Shown: piece by piece, positions 26,186 to 37,466 of the stretch | How the letters are laid out: the number at the start of each line of letters is the position of its first letter | Numbering within the stretch: position 1 is the first letter of the stretch | Assembly (NCBI RefSeq): GCF_020745735.1 | Contig: NC_083409.1 | Span: 29,532,048 to 29,596,047, forward strand | Reading direction: 5' to 3' | DNA from: Hemiscyllium ocellatum | Taxonomy: Eukaryota | DNA: 64,000 nt | The notes under the pieces: model-generated | The model's input: only the letters and a program-made list of their open reading frames with translations | Told to the model about the DNA's origin: nothing | Database searches by the model: none | Translations under genes and position numbers: made by a program

Positions 26186-26710
26186 TCACCTGTAATGTGA
26201 CATGAACCCAAGGTCCCGGTTGAGGCCCTCCCTATGGGTACCGAACTTAGCTATCAGCCTCTGCTTAGCCACTTCCTTCTGCTGCCTGTCCCGAAGTCCA
26301 CCTTGGAGGATGGTCACCCCAAGGTCCGAGGCTGAATGTCCTGGACCACTGAAGTGTTCCCCAACTGGGTGGGAACCCTCCTGTCTGTTGATTGTTGTGT
26401 GGTGCCCATTCATCCGTTGTCGTAGCCTTTGCTCGCTTTCCCCAATGTACCATGCCTCCGGGCATCCTTGCCTGCAACGTATAAGATAGACCACGTTGGC
26501 TGAGTCACATGAGTACCTGCCATGTACAAGGTGGGAGGTGTTCCCATGCGTAATAGTGGTATCTATGTCCACAATCTGACACGTCTTGCAGCGTCCACCG
26601 TGACAGGGTTGTATGGAGTTGCCCTGAGAGCCGGGCAGTTCGCTACGAACAATGATCTGTTTGAGGTTTGGAGGTTGTTTAAAGGCAAGTAGTGGAGATG
26701 TGGGAAAGGT
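26186..26710 (-). pseudogene. Penelope GIY-YIG endonuclease domain (uninterrupted, 5'-truncated)
   Basis: CHGGRCKTC linker; NVVYLIRC..CPEAWYIGESEQRLRQRMNGH; VGEHF; GLNRDLG. Confidence 0.9.
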
Positions 26711-27489
26711 CTTTTTCACTCATCACTGTGAAGTCTTGATTTGTTTTCCTCTTTGTCTTTGCAATTTGCACCCTACTATCTCAGTGTCAACAACCGTCTT
26801 TGTTCTACTCCAGCATGTTTTATTTCAAATAACCCACACATTTTGACATTTTGTTGTTTAATGTTTCAAAATAAAAAAAGAAATAAAGAAGCTAGAAAAT
26901 AGTAAGGAACACAGTTCCTGTTAAGATTGAGATATATGCTACAGTTTAAGGAAACGTGTATTTTGGTTATTAGTATTGAATATCGCGTCTAACCATTATG
27001 TGAGAAGAAAATGTAATCAAGTCAAGTCAAGAGCATAGAAGGCATATTAAGGACACACATTGAAGCTTAATTCAGTGTCAAACATATTACACTAAGTGGT
27101 TGAATAAAGAATGTTAAAAGAAATTAACGAATATGTGTGAACAGTGGAAAACTAACACCAGAAAGATGCAACTTACAAATAAAATCAGAGATTAAAGAAT
27201 GTACCCTTTGCTTGGTACAGCAATACAGTTGAAGGTGATACCCAGCAGACATGTAAATCACAAACTTTTGTGGTGACCTTGGGAGTAGTGATGCTTGAGA
27301 ATTAATGCTATCAAGAGAACAGAAGCAGGTTGTTCAATCATCTTGAGGGGTTGGTTATATATTTTCTATATATGAGTAAGTATCATGTGTTGCATGAAAA
27401 TGGGTTGTATTAACAACAATTTTTCATGTCTGTGTACATCATTGCTTACAAATTTGAAATAGAAAATGAGAATCCAAAAATGTTTTTAG

Positions 27490-27578
27490 TCACTTGACCC
27501 AAACATTAACCCTGACTTCTCTCGACAGATGCTACCAGACATACTGAGCTTTTCTAGCAATTTCTGTTTTTGTTTTAT
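27490..27578 (+). mobile_element. Penelope pLTR tail relic
   Basis: gacccaaacattaac...cagatgctaccagacatactgagcttttctagcaatttctgtttttg. Confidence 0.65.
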
Positions 27579-28079
27579 CTTATCTATGTATGTCAGGGAT
27601 TGTGACTTTTTCTGCATCCAGAAACTGTGTCAAAGACACAATATTTTCTCAGCTTATTTGGATGGATGCAAAAGGGAAATGATTTATTAGCTTTCTGTCA
27701 AACTTCTGAATGATTAAGATTTTAAAGCTCTGATCAATCCAGTTCTTTTGACTTTAAAAAGCATTAAATGAGAAATTAGAATGGCTATTTGGAGTTAAAA
27801 ATTCTCCAAGTGATATCTGCAACAGAACATGGTATACTTAAAATTGAGTGATATTCTCTCTTGAGCTGTGAACTGTAAGTCTAATGTTCAGCAGTCTTGG
27901 CTCAGCGTAGAATTTGGAGAATTGCTGTCAGATTTTGGATTCTATCACTGCTCATTCTCAGGGTCTAAGACAAAGTAAACTATGTGTGACAGAAGCACAT
28001 ACCAAGTGATGCTGTCCGAAGAGTGGAAAATCTCTCAAATAATCTTGTCATGTATACTGTCAGAGAGGAAATTAACAAA

Positions 28080-28402
28080 TCTTAGAATCTCTACAGTATG
28101 GAAACGGACCACTTGGCTAATTGAGTCCACGCCCACCCTTTGAAGAGCATCCCACCCCATCCCTACAACCCTGCATTTCCCATGGCTAATCCACATAAAC
28201 TACACATCCCTGGACAATATGGGCAATTTAGCATGGCCAATTCACCTAACCTGCAGTGGGAGGAAACCCGAGCACCCAGAGGTAACCCAACCATACATGG
28301 TGAGAATATGTAAACTCCATACACACAGTCACCTGAGAGTGGAATGGAACCCGGGTCTCCTGGTGCTGTGAGGTAGCAGTGCTAACCACTGAGCAACCAT
28401 GC
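28080..28402 (-). mobile_element. HE1-type V-SINE
   Basis: Same architecture as 7598-7905. Confidence 0.9.
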
Positions 28403-28450
28403 CACTCAGATTGTGAAGGAGCAGGTCAGGGAGCATCCAAGGAACAGGAA

Positions 28451-28486
28451 ATTCGACGTTTCGGTCATAAGCCCTTCATCAGGAAT
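28451..28486 (-). ncRNA. Minimal type-I hammerhead ribozyme (one stem II mismatch)
   Basis: Reverse complement reads AUUC-CUGAUGA-A-GGGC UUAU GACC-GAAA-CGUC|GAAU. Confidence 0.8.
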
Positions 28487-28490
28487 CCTG

Positions 28491-28526
28491 ATTCCTGATG
28501 AAGGGCTTATGCCCGAAACGTCGAAT
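28491..28526 (+). ncRNA. Minimal type-I hammerhead ribozyme (intact, family 1)
   Basis: AUUC-CUGAUGA-A-GGGC UUAU GCCC-GAAA-CGUC|GAAU; predicted cleavage after 28522. Confidence 0.87.
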
Positions 28527-29699
28527 TTCCTGTTCCTTGGATGCTGCCTGACCTGCCACGCTTTTCCAGCAACACATTTTCAGCTCTGATACTCCAGCAT
28601 CTGCAGACCTCACTTTCTCCACTCAGATTGTGAAGGTAATAACAGAGTTTTAGAAATTTGTTATCAGAAAGATTTCTTCTCAAAGAACAGTGAAGAGGTA
28701 ATAGACATCTGACTAATTGATCAGTTGGATTAATGTTTGTGCTTTCATTTGCCTGGCTATGGATCAAGAACCAGGAGGCTAACAAATTCATCAAGTTGAT
28801 TGGACAATTTGTTTCTGTTATCTTGGTTCCAATGATTCTCAAGCATCATTACTGCCAGGGTTGCCCAAAAGTTAATGGTCTAGTCAAGGTACATAAAGCT
28901 TGTGATTTACCTATCCGATGGGATAACATTAATAGCAAACACTGTCCAAGTTCATCTACTTAACAAGACGTCTGTTTATTATAAATAAGTGCATTCTAAT
29001 CACAAGTAAGCAGCTATGTGTTATCAATATATGGCACTGCTAGTTAAAATTCTAAACTGATCTACAGACAAACTAAAGAAATTGCTTTCATAAATGAAAG
29101 GAGAAAATAAACTGTGTAATACAGTCCAATATTACCAGTCCACAGGGTTTGCCGAGGTGGTCTGTCCTAGCTTGTCAGAAATCTTTATTTTTCAATCTCC
29201 TTTATCCTCGCTTTTTCACTTGTTTGCTGGAGACGCAGCTGATGGAGAAAATAACAAGCTTTCTTCCAGCATCAAGTATTTTCACTGAAGAGAGATAGTG
29301 ACATCCATATAACATGCCCTTCCAGCAGTCTGAAAGTTTTGTGCTACATTGTTTGCTCACCCAGGACTATATCAGAAATTTATCAAAAGGCTGATGATGT
29401 TTGGCGCCCGTGACTGGTCACAATTGCACAAACCAATTAGCCACTTGCTGCCAACCAAATCTTATGCTGCTAACACGCAACCCTGGGGCTGTGCTGTCAG
29501 AACATTTTTCCCTGTTACTTTGTTAAACAGCAGTGCGATAACCAAATTTGATTAACTTGGTTTTTTAAAAGTCCAGCAAATCCTTATACAGTCCTTTTTT
29601 TGTTTGAACAAATCTTTTTTCCAATGTCGTCCACAATGAATAATACCGGTCTCCACCTTAACAGATGAAAAGCTGTTTCAAAAAAGTGTGTTTCATTAT

Positions 29700-30185
29700 A
29701 AGCTATGTAACAACACATATAGAATATTATTCACTTGCTTTGGATGAGTGCAGCTGGAACAACAGTCCAGAAGCTTGAAACCATCCAAGACAAAGCATCT
29801 TGTTTGATTGGCGTCCTGTCCACAATCTTGAACACGAACTCCATTCACCACCAATGCACAACATAAGCAGTGTGTACTGTTTACAAGATGCATGCAATAA
29901 CTTACTATGGCTCCTCCAAAAGCACATTAAAACTGACTTGTAAGTTCTGGAAAGATGATGGCAGCAGATGAATACAAGATTACCTCCTGGCCAAATTCCA
30001 TCCTGACTTAGAATTATATTGCCATTTCTCCACTCTCACTGCTCTAAAATTTTGGAATTTTCTTCTAAATAGCACTACTCCCTGCATCCAGAGGCTGCAG
30101 CAGTTCAGAAAGGCAGTTCACTTTGTGCACAGCAATTAAGGATGGGCAATAATTGCCATTGTAGCACCCACATTCCATAAAAGGA
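29700..30185 (+). mobile_element. CR1-group LINE family B 3' end (old)
   Basis: cacttgctttggatgagtgcagc...ccatccaagacaaagca...ggatgggcaataa. Confidence 0.78.
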
Positions 30186-30424
30186 TAAAGAAGGGCATCA
30201 ACCAGTGGACTTTGTACAAAATCTCACACACAAGAGTGTGAGAATGGCCAAAGTATTCTAGTTTCTTTAATGTGATTAAAGGATTGAAAAGTCCATCTCT
30301 AGGTTGAAAGAGAATGGAGATAGGGCAAGTAAAGAAACAAAAAAAGCTAAGGATTTGCCTAGAGCTAGTGTGCTGCTAGCTGAAAGCAAAAAATTTTGAA
30401 ACAAATCGAAAAAGGAAACAAAAT

Positions 30425-31720
30425 GGGGGTCAGATTTTCAGATCTGAAATTGTGACTTTGATGTTGAGTCCAGAAGATTGAAAGATGAGATGCTGCTTCT
30501 GAAACTTAGGTTGAGCCTCACCAGAAAGGTGCAGTGAGACAAAGATAGATACACATTTAAGCGCAAGTTTAAGGATTAAAATGATAAGACACTGTGAGTC
30601 CAGGGCTGTGCTTGCAGACAGACAGGTGATGTTTTGCAAAGCAAGCCCACAATTTATGTTTGATCTCCCAAGTGTAGACGAGCCTACATTGTGAGTGGTG
30701 CGTCCAGGAAAGTAGATTGAAAGAAGAGTAGATAAATCATTATGTCATCTGGAGAGGAGTTTGAATCTTTCAGAGAGCGTGAGAGACAGACAGAAACAAA
30801 GGCAGATTGTTAGACCACCTGCCTTAGCATGAAAAGATGCCGTGGGAAGGGGATGAGTTTTCATGACTGAGAAGGGGACCAGAATATGACAGAGTGTGCT
30901 GCTTTGGAAACGTGATACAGGCGAGCAGGGGAAGATGCATTTTCTAGTGACACCCCATTGAAGATACAGAAATGGAGCAAAATAATTGTTGAATATGGAG
31001 GCCAGTGGGATGGAAGTAAGGACAAGAAGAACCTGATCATGGAAGGGAAAGGGTTGAGAGCAGAGTTGTGGGAAATGTGATATCGGGTCACAGAGATATG
31101 CAACACAGAAATGGACCCTTCGGTCCAACTCGTCCATACTGACCAGGTATCCCAACCCAATCTGGTCCCACCTGCCAGTACCCCACCCAAACCCTTCCTA
31201 TTCATATCTATCCAGATGCTTTTTAAATGTTGCAATTGTACCAGACTCTACCACTTCCTCTGGAAGCACATTCCACACACGCGCCACCCTCTGCGTGAAA
31301 AAGTTTCCCTTTAGGTCTCTTTTATACCTTTCCCCTCTCACCCTAAACCTATGCCCTCTAGTTTGGACTCCCCCACCCCAGGGAAAAGACTTTGCCTATT
31401 TACCATAAACATGCCCCTCATGATTTGGTGGGAGAAACGTTTGTTTGAATCAAAGTGAAGACCTTGCAGAAGTACTTTGTGGATGGTAGAATCATCAGAG
31501 CAGAAATGATGGAGACTGAGGAACAGGAAGTTCTTATAGGATATAGGATGTAAGCAAACGTAATCAAAAGATTTGTGCAAGTCAATGGGCCTTTGCTGAA
31601 TATTGCCTATCACCCAGAAATGGCAAGATTGATTTCAAGGAAGGGAAGCAAACAGTCAGAGATGGACCCTGTGAAACCGAGCAATGGGTGAAAATTGGAA
31701 GCAATTAAGTAAAATAACTT
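30425..31720 (-). mobile_element. Old Penelope-like element relic (RT thumb + GIY-YIG), interrupted by CR1
   Basis: Similar to 32750-33580; QHLIF..GLNI at the 3' end. Confidence 0.7.
31085..31425 (-). mobile_element. CR1 LINE 3' end
   Basis: Close match to 47160-47465 and to the reverse of 43285-43630. Confidence 0.9.
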
Positions 31721-32434
31721 ATCCAGTACCAGCCTTACCCTTCCAAGTGCAGTTGCTGAGCGTACTCACTGAGCATTTCAATCCAACACATGTTTCCTGT
31801 GCAAACATGTTCAAGAGGAGTCATGCCAATCATGAATGGCTTGGCTTTGAAAAGACTTTAAAACATTAATCTTAAAATTTTAAAATAAAGAACTATTTTC
31901 AGCCAATAAGAAGTAATTGTAGAAGATTTGCCTCCAGTGCTCCAAAGGATTGTCATGATGTGGTTTGTGGCAATTTCCAATGATATGATAATAGTTGCAA
32001 TACAATGGCTTTTAAATGAAAGCTGGTTGGTGATTTGAAGAGGAAAAAAGCCATGTCTGCCAGAGGGAAAGAGTAGTCTGAACTAGATGGCCCCTTGAAA
32101 AAGATAATGAAGATGGCTGAATGGCTTCCTTCAGTGCTGTTTTAATTTCAGATTGTGCAGTAAACTCTGAATTTGCAAACTTATGTGTATCCCAAGAATT
32201 ATTTGAAAATCAAATGCTCAAATGTTTGTATTCAAGGTAGTTTCCCACTTTCTTTGGAATTCTAATTTCAAATGAATGGTTGCCTAGATTTCAATTTATT
32301 CTATTTATTTTCTTATCTCGTTTAAATTGCCTTTGGTTTAACAGAGAAATAAGTAGTAGCATAAACATGCCACAGCTTTTGAAAAGCAGTTTTGTCATTT
32401 TTGATTCTGCCATGCCTTCTGCCATTTATTGCTG

Positions 32435-34520
32435 GGGGGATGGTTTAAAAGTCGGGAAATCCTATTGTAGCTGTGCAAAGTGTTGGTCAGGCCATACCTG
32501 GAATACAGTGTATAATTTTGCTACTTGTTTTTCCAAGAAGTATATACTGGCATTGGAGGCTGTTAAAAAGAGATTAAATGCTCAATATGAAAATGGCAGA
32601 ACAATGGTGGTGCCTCACTGCCAGACTTGAAGGAGAAGACATTCCTACTGGAAATGGGACGAGGGAAGAGGGGCCACAGTGGCAGAGAATGTATCAAGTA
32701 AAACTAAAAGAAAGGGAAGAAATTGGAGTTGGTTTACAATTTTAAGGTATTGAACTGTATTAAGTCCAGAAGGCTGTAAAGTACTAAGTTTGAAGATGAG
32801 ATGTTGTTCCTCCAGTTTGCACTTTGATTCACTGGAGCACCAGAGCAAGCTGAGGGCAGGTAAGTGGGAATGTGGGCAGGATGTTGTATTGAAATGACTA
32901 ACGACAGAAGGTTGGGGTCATGTTTGTGCACAAATTGGAGGTGTTCTAAAGCAGCCATTCAGTCCGTGTTTGGTTTCCCAAAGTAGAGTAGGCCACATTG
33001 GGTGCAGCGAATACAATACATAAAATTGGAGGAGGTACAGGCGAAATGGTGCTTCACCTGGAAAGATTGTTTGCGCCCTTGGATGGTGGGCAGGGAAGAG
33101 GTGAAGGGGTAGGTTTTTCACCTTTTGCGGTTACATGGGAAGATGCCGTGGGGAGGGGGCTGGTGTTGGCTGTTGTCGAATGGTCTAGCATGCCAGGGAG
33201 GGAACGATCCCTGCAGAATGCAGACAGGGAGAATGAGGGGAAGATGTGTTTGGTGGTGGCTTTCTGCTGGAGTTGCCTGAAATGGCGGAGAATGATCCTT
33301 TGAATGTGGAGGCTGGTGAAATAAAACTGGAATGTGGCATCATCCAAACAGATGTGACGTAGGTGAAGGAACTGGGAAAATGGATGGAATCCTTGCAGGA
33401 TGTGGGGTGTGAAAGCTGTAGTGCAGGTAGCCATGGGAATCAGTGGCTTTGTGGTGGATGACAGTGGGCGGTTTGTTACCTAAATTGGAGACAAAAAGAT
33501 CAAGGAAAGGAAGGGAAATGTCAGAAATGGACAATGTGAAAGTTATCGAGGGATGGAAGTTGAAGGCAAAATGGATAAAGTTTTCAAGGTCCCGGTTGGA
33601 GTGTGAAACAGCACTGAAGTAGTCGTCGATGTACCAAAAAATAGTTGTTGGAGGGAGCCTGTGTATGGCTGAACTGACGATTGTTCCACATACCACATAA
33701 TGCAGCCAGCATAATTAGGACTCGTGGGTGCTCATAGTCACTCCTTTGACTTAACAGAAGTGAGATGAATTAAAGGAGAAATTGTTCAGTGAGAGAACAA
33801 GTTCAGCCAAGCGGAGGAGAGCAGTCAAGCAAGAAGCCGAGAACTCTCACACCATCCTGGTGGGGAATGGAGGTAAAGAACGATTGGGCATACATGGTGA
33901 GCAAGAGGCAGTTAGGGCCAGGGAACTAGAAATTGTCAGTAAGGTGGAGGGTATCAGAGGAATTGCGGATGTAGGTGTGCAGGGTCTGGGCAAGTGGAGG
34001 GAGGATGGAAGAAATGGAGGTAGGAACTGGCTGATGGGATGGGTCTACCGGGTTTGTGAATTTTAGCAAGGAGGTAGAGGCGGGCTGTCTATGGTTGGGA
34101 GACTACAAGGTTGGAGGCAGTGGGGGAAAGATCTCTGGAGGTAATGAGATCGGTGGCAGTCCTGGCAACAGTGCCTTGATTCCTAGGATGAATGGGTTAA
34201 CGTATCAAGAGCGGTTAAACTAGTTAGGCCCTTACTAAAGTTCAAAAGAATGAGGTACGATGTTATTGAAATACACAATATTCTGATGGTGCCTCATGAG
34301 GTAGATGTTGAAAAAATGTTTTGATGAGAAGGAATCTCAAATTCGGGACAATGTTACAGAATAAAGGGGCACTAACTTAAAACTGAGATACGCAGAAATT
34401 TTGTCTCCTGTAAAGTAGTGAATGTCTGGAATTCTCTACCTCAGAATTGTGGAGGGTAGATGAATTTAAGATCAATGAAACTATTTAAAGAGGAGACAGG
34501 TAGATAGTTTCTGAACAGCC
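32435..34520 (+). mobile_element. CR1 C-terminal relic split by a Penelope insertion (32435-32575 and 34178-34520)
   Basis: YILALEAVKKR ends at 32575; reading resumes as LIPRMNGLTYQERL at ~34178. Confidence 0.75.
32600..34175 (-). mobile_element. Penelope-like element: RT and GIY-YIG relic
   Basis: AELVLSLNNFSFNSSHF (~33765-33810), FWYIDDYF RT catalytic motif, LPFLDL, KATDSHGYL, KLEEQHLIFKLSTLQPSGLN. Confidence 0.9.
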
Positions 34521-34729
34521 TCCTCCTGCTGCTGCTTATGGCATTTTTCTTTCCATGAATTTGGATTTTGCTCTTTTTAAGTAAGTGGATTCTGGCTTTT
34601 ACTTTTACTAAAAAGTAGAAATAGCTCCTTTCTGAAATTTCAGAATTCAGACGTTGTGGCCTGAAACAGGTAAATCGCAGCCTTTTAAGGCTATTAACGG
34701 TCATGTTGATTAATTTCATCAACACAATT

Positions 34730-34985
34730 CATAAGTTTGTAAGATGTAGGAGCAGAATTAGAGTATTTGGTCCAATGAGTCAGGTTTGCCTTTCAGTCAT
34801 GGCTAATATGCTTCTCATCCCCATTTTTCTGCCTTCTCTTCATATCCCTTCCACTCATTACCAATTAAAAATCTGCCTAACTCCTCCTTAAGTTTACTCA
34901 CTGTCCCAGCATCCACCATACTTTGGGGTAGCGAATTCCACAGATTTACAACCCTTTGGGAGATGTAGTTTCTCCTCAACTCTGT
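34730..34985 (-). mobile_element. CR1 LINE 3' end
   Basis: gtaagatgtaggagcagaattag...gaattccacagatttacaaccc. Confidence 0.82.
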
Positions 34986-35035
34986 GCAATGTGAACTTCA
35001 GTCATCTCATTTTTCCATACATAGTCCCCTACTGC

Positions 35036-35611
35036 TGTGATATGGACCAGTGGACTGGACTAAACCCCTCCAAAATATATGAAGATGATAGCCTAGGTCC
35101 TAACTTTTTCTTATTTTAACGGTAAATGGAAAATGTTGCATTCTAGAGGCTTTAAGCAAACACACTTTATTTTTATACACAGTTAAAATACAGGCTAAAA
35201 AAAAGAATTGGTTTGTCTGGAACTCTACTGAAATGCTTGACAATATAATATATATATTAACTACTACTAATTAACTATGCCAACATAGTAATATTCCATA
35301 ACACACCTTGGCAAAGGCAAATTCAGCAGAATAGATTGTCTCACATATAATTCTAACAGCAAGATCAGACTCCCAACTTAGAACTGTAAAAGAGAGAGGA
35401 ATAAGTGCTAAAAGTTAAAACTAAAAATCCTGGTTCTGTGGGAGCTTGACCCCACCCATTCAGACTGCTTCTATTCTTAAAAAATACTCAGTGCCTCACA
35501 AGCTGTTAACTTTATTGGCTTCGAGCAAATCACTTTGTAACTCTGTCTCAGTCTTTCTTCAGTAAAAAAAAATGGAGAAAATACATGTCTCAAAACCATA
35601 GTAATGTCGCA
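35036..35611 (-). mobile_element. Probable solo LTR
   Basis: TGTGAT...GTCGCA termini (TG..CA, short imperfect inverted repeat), 576 bp, AATAAA on - strand near 35166; no clean TSD. Confidence 0.6.
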
Positions 35612-35849
35612 GCTATCAGTTTAGTGTGAAACAAAGTTGTTAGAAAAATATATCAGTTTCTGAATTCATCCTGTCCTTGTGATCTAATCACACTTTCCGC
35701 TGTAATGCATATACAGTGCTGGTTTGAATAAAACATGTAACTCGTATTGTCTGTTATTTGGCAACAACTTCCGTAGATATGTTACAGATGGCTAATCATG
35801 ACAGATGGTAGCGGGCATAAATGACACAGACTGGGGCATGCAATGTTTG

Positions 35850-36565
35850 TTTATGAATCACAGTTATTATGATATAGAAGGGCATCATTTGGCTGATCAA
35901 GTGCTTGCTAGCTCTCTGTCCCGTATTCCAATCAACAGAGACGATGTGACAGTGTAATGTACCATTGATAAAATGCAATGCAGCAAATTGCCATACCTAT
36001 TAAGACAGTACCTTCAAATCTCATGACCCTTTCCACTCAGAAGAACAAGATATGGGAGCATCATCACCTGCTTCCTTTCAAGCCACACACCACCTTCAGT
36101 TGGAGCTATTGTATTTCTGAAAGTTGGATTAAAATCCTCTATTGACAGCAGCCCGGAGCAGAATGCAAGAGACCTGCGGCCCAGAGCAGTGCAGTTCAGC
36201 TGCCGTGGGCCCAGTACGACGATAGCTACTGGCTGGGAACTGGTGGACCTACATCAGACCACAAGGATGCCCTCATAGAGTGTTATGTCTATCCTTTTTA
36301 GCTTTATTTCTTATTTTGCTAACTTATGTATATTTGTAATATAAGGTAACTTATTTTCTTTATTTTCTCGCTGTTTTTGTACCTAAGATCGCACCGCATG
36401 TTGGCAACATTGTACACTTTTTAGTGTACTACTGTTTTTCTGTAATTTGAGTACACCTGACAATAAACCTAATTCTAAAAATCCTGGTGCTCTCGATCAA
36501 CACTGTGGGTGTACCTGCACCAAATGGACTGCAGTAGTTTAAGAACCTGACTCACTATCCTTTCA
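35850..36565 (+). mobile_element. CR1-group LINE family B 3' end, interrupted at 36139-36477
   Basis: Family tail motifs on both sides of the insert (aaaatcct...cactgtgggtgtacctgcaccaaatggactgcag). Confidence 0.7.
36139..36477 (+). mobile_element. Non-autonomous retroposon with Rex1/Babar-like 3' tail
   Basis: TSD aaaatcct at 36131-36138 and 36478-36485; GC-rich 5' part, T-rich middle, tail tgtact...agtacacctgacaataaacctaattct. Confidence 0.62.
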
Positions 36566-36569
36566 GCTC

Positions 36570-37220
36570 TCTTCACTCCCCTGACCCTCAACAGTCTCAT
36601 AAAATCTTTTCCTGTTCTTCTCGATTACAAATCTAAACTTTCTGACAAGATGATATTTCTTCATCCAAGTGGCACACAACAACTGGCACACCAGATCCTA
36701 AATGCCTCTTTACAAAATCAACTATCAGGACATATTGGTCAAAGAAGTTGGCCTGGACACATTTTGGAAATTTTTCCCCTTCTTTTCCTTTTGCTTTCCT
36801 TTCCTTTTCCCCTTCAAAAATCAGGTAATTCAACAGCTGAATTTTGCCACATCTCTGTCATTTTTCTGCAGCTTTACTTTTGAACCCCTCTGTCTGTCTT
36901 TGTCTTTCACTGTTGGAGGGCAGTAGAATATCCCCAACAGTGTAATATTTTTACTGCTCCTCAGCTTTAACTCAAAATGAATCCTGTCCTTCATCCAAAG
37001 ACATGTTCTCTTTCCAATACTTCAGTGATCTCCGTTTTCTTGCCTATCTTTGCACACTTTATATTCACGAAACCTTAGTACCCAATTCTTACCATTTTAA
37101 GCATGTTTTTCCCACTGCAGCATATTCCCAAATGGCTATTTGTGCTTTTCGCTCACAAACCTTATTCACCACATTTCGTGCAAGCATACAATATTTTCCA
37201 AAGTACTTGAGAATGGTGGA
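36570..37220 (-). mobile_element. Old CR1 APE-domain relic
   Basis: EGEKFPKCVQANFFDQYV, comparable to GEEFVQCV...F..QYV at 41460-41510. Confidence 0.68.
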
Positions 37221-37337
37221 AGATTTATGTGCATGTATGTACATGTACTCACCTGTACATTCCAAATCAACTTTGATTGGAACTGAAGAGCAAGTGTTGA
37301 TTGTTAACTATGTTTGATGAAGTGACTTATTCATCTC

Positions 37338-37466
37338 ACATTCCTGATGAAGGGCTTTTGCCTGAAACATCGATTCTTCTGCTTGTCGGATGGTGCCTGA
37401 CCTGCTGTGCTTTTCCAGCACCACACTCTCGACTCTAATCTTCAGCATCTGCAGTCCTCGCTGTCT
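37338..37466 (+). mobile_element. Solo Penelope pLTR starting at the hammerhead
   Basis: attcctgatgaagggcttttgcctgaaacatcgatt...ccagcaccacact...cagcatctgcagtcctc; imperfect flanking repeat tgactta(t/c)t(c/t)atct. Confidence 0.85.
37340..37375 (+). ncRNA. Minimal hammerhead motif (CpG-decayed)
   Basis: CUGAUGA-A-GGGC UUUU GCCU-GAAA-CAUC; palindrome ACGU mutated to ACAU. Confidence 0.7.

Larger units (their letters stand above)
25467..26710 (-). mobile_element. Young 5'-truncated Penelope-like element (family 2): GIY-YIG ORF end, 3' UTR, pLTR
   Basis: GIY-YIG ORF 26186-26719; TSD ctttttca(a/c)tcat at 25454-25466 and 26711-26723. Confidence 0.93.
28420..28618. mobile_element. Fold-back Penelope pLTR mini-element with twin hammerheads and perfect 18-bp TSD
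   Basis: TSD ccactcagattgtgaagg at 28402-28419 and 28619-28636; arms 28420-28486 and 28491-~28557. Confidence 0.93.

Noticed and set aside
25863-26189. His/Thr-rich and Cys/Val-rich ORFs
   Set aside because: Translations of the (TG)n microsatellite.
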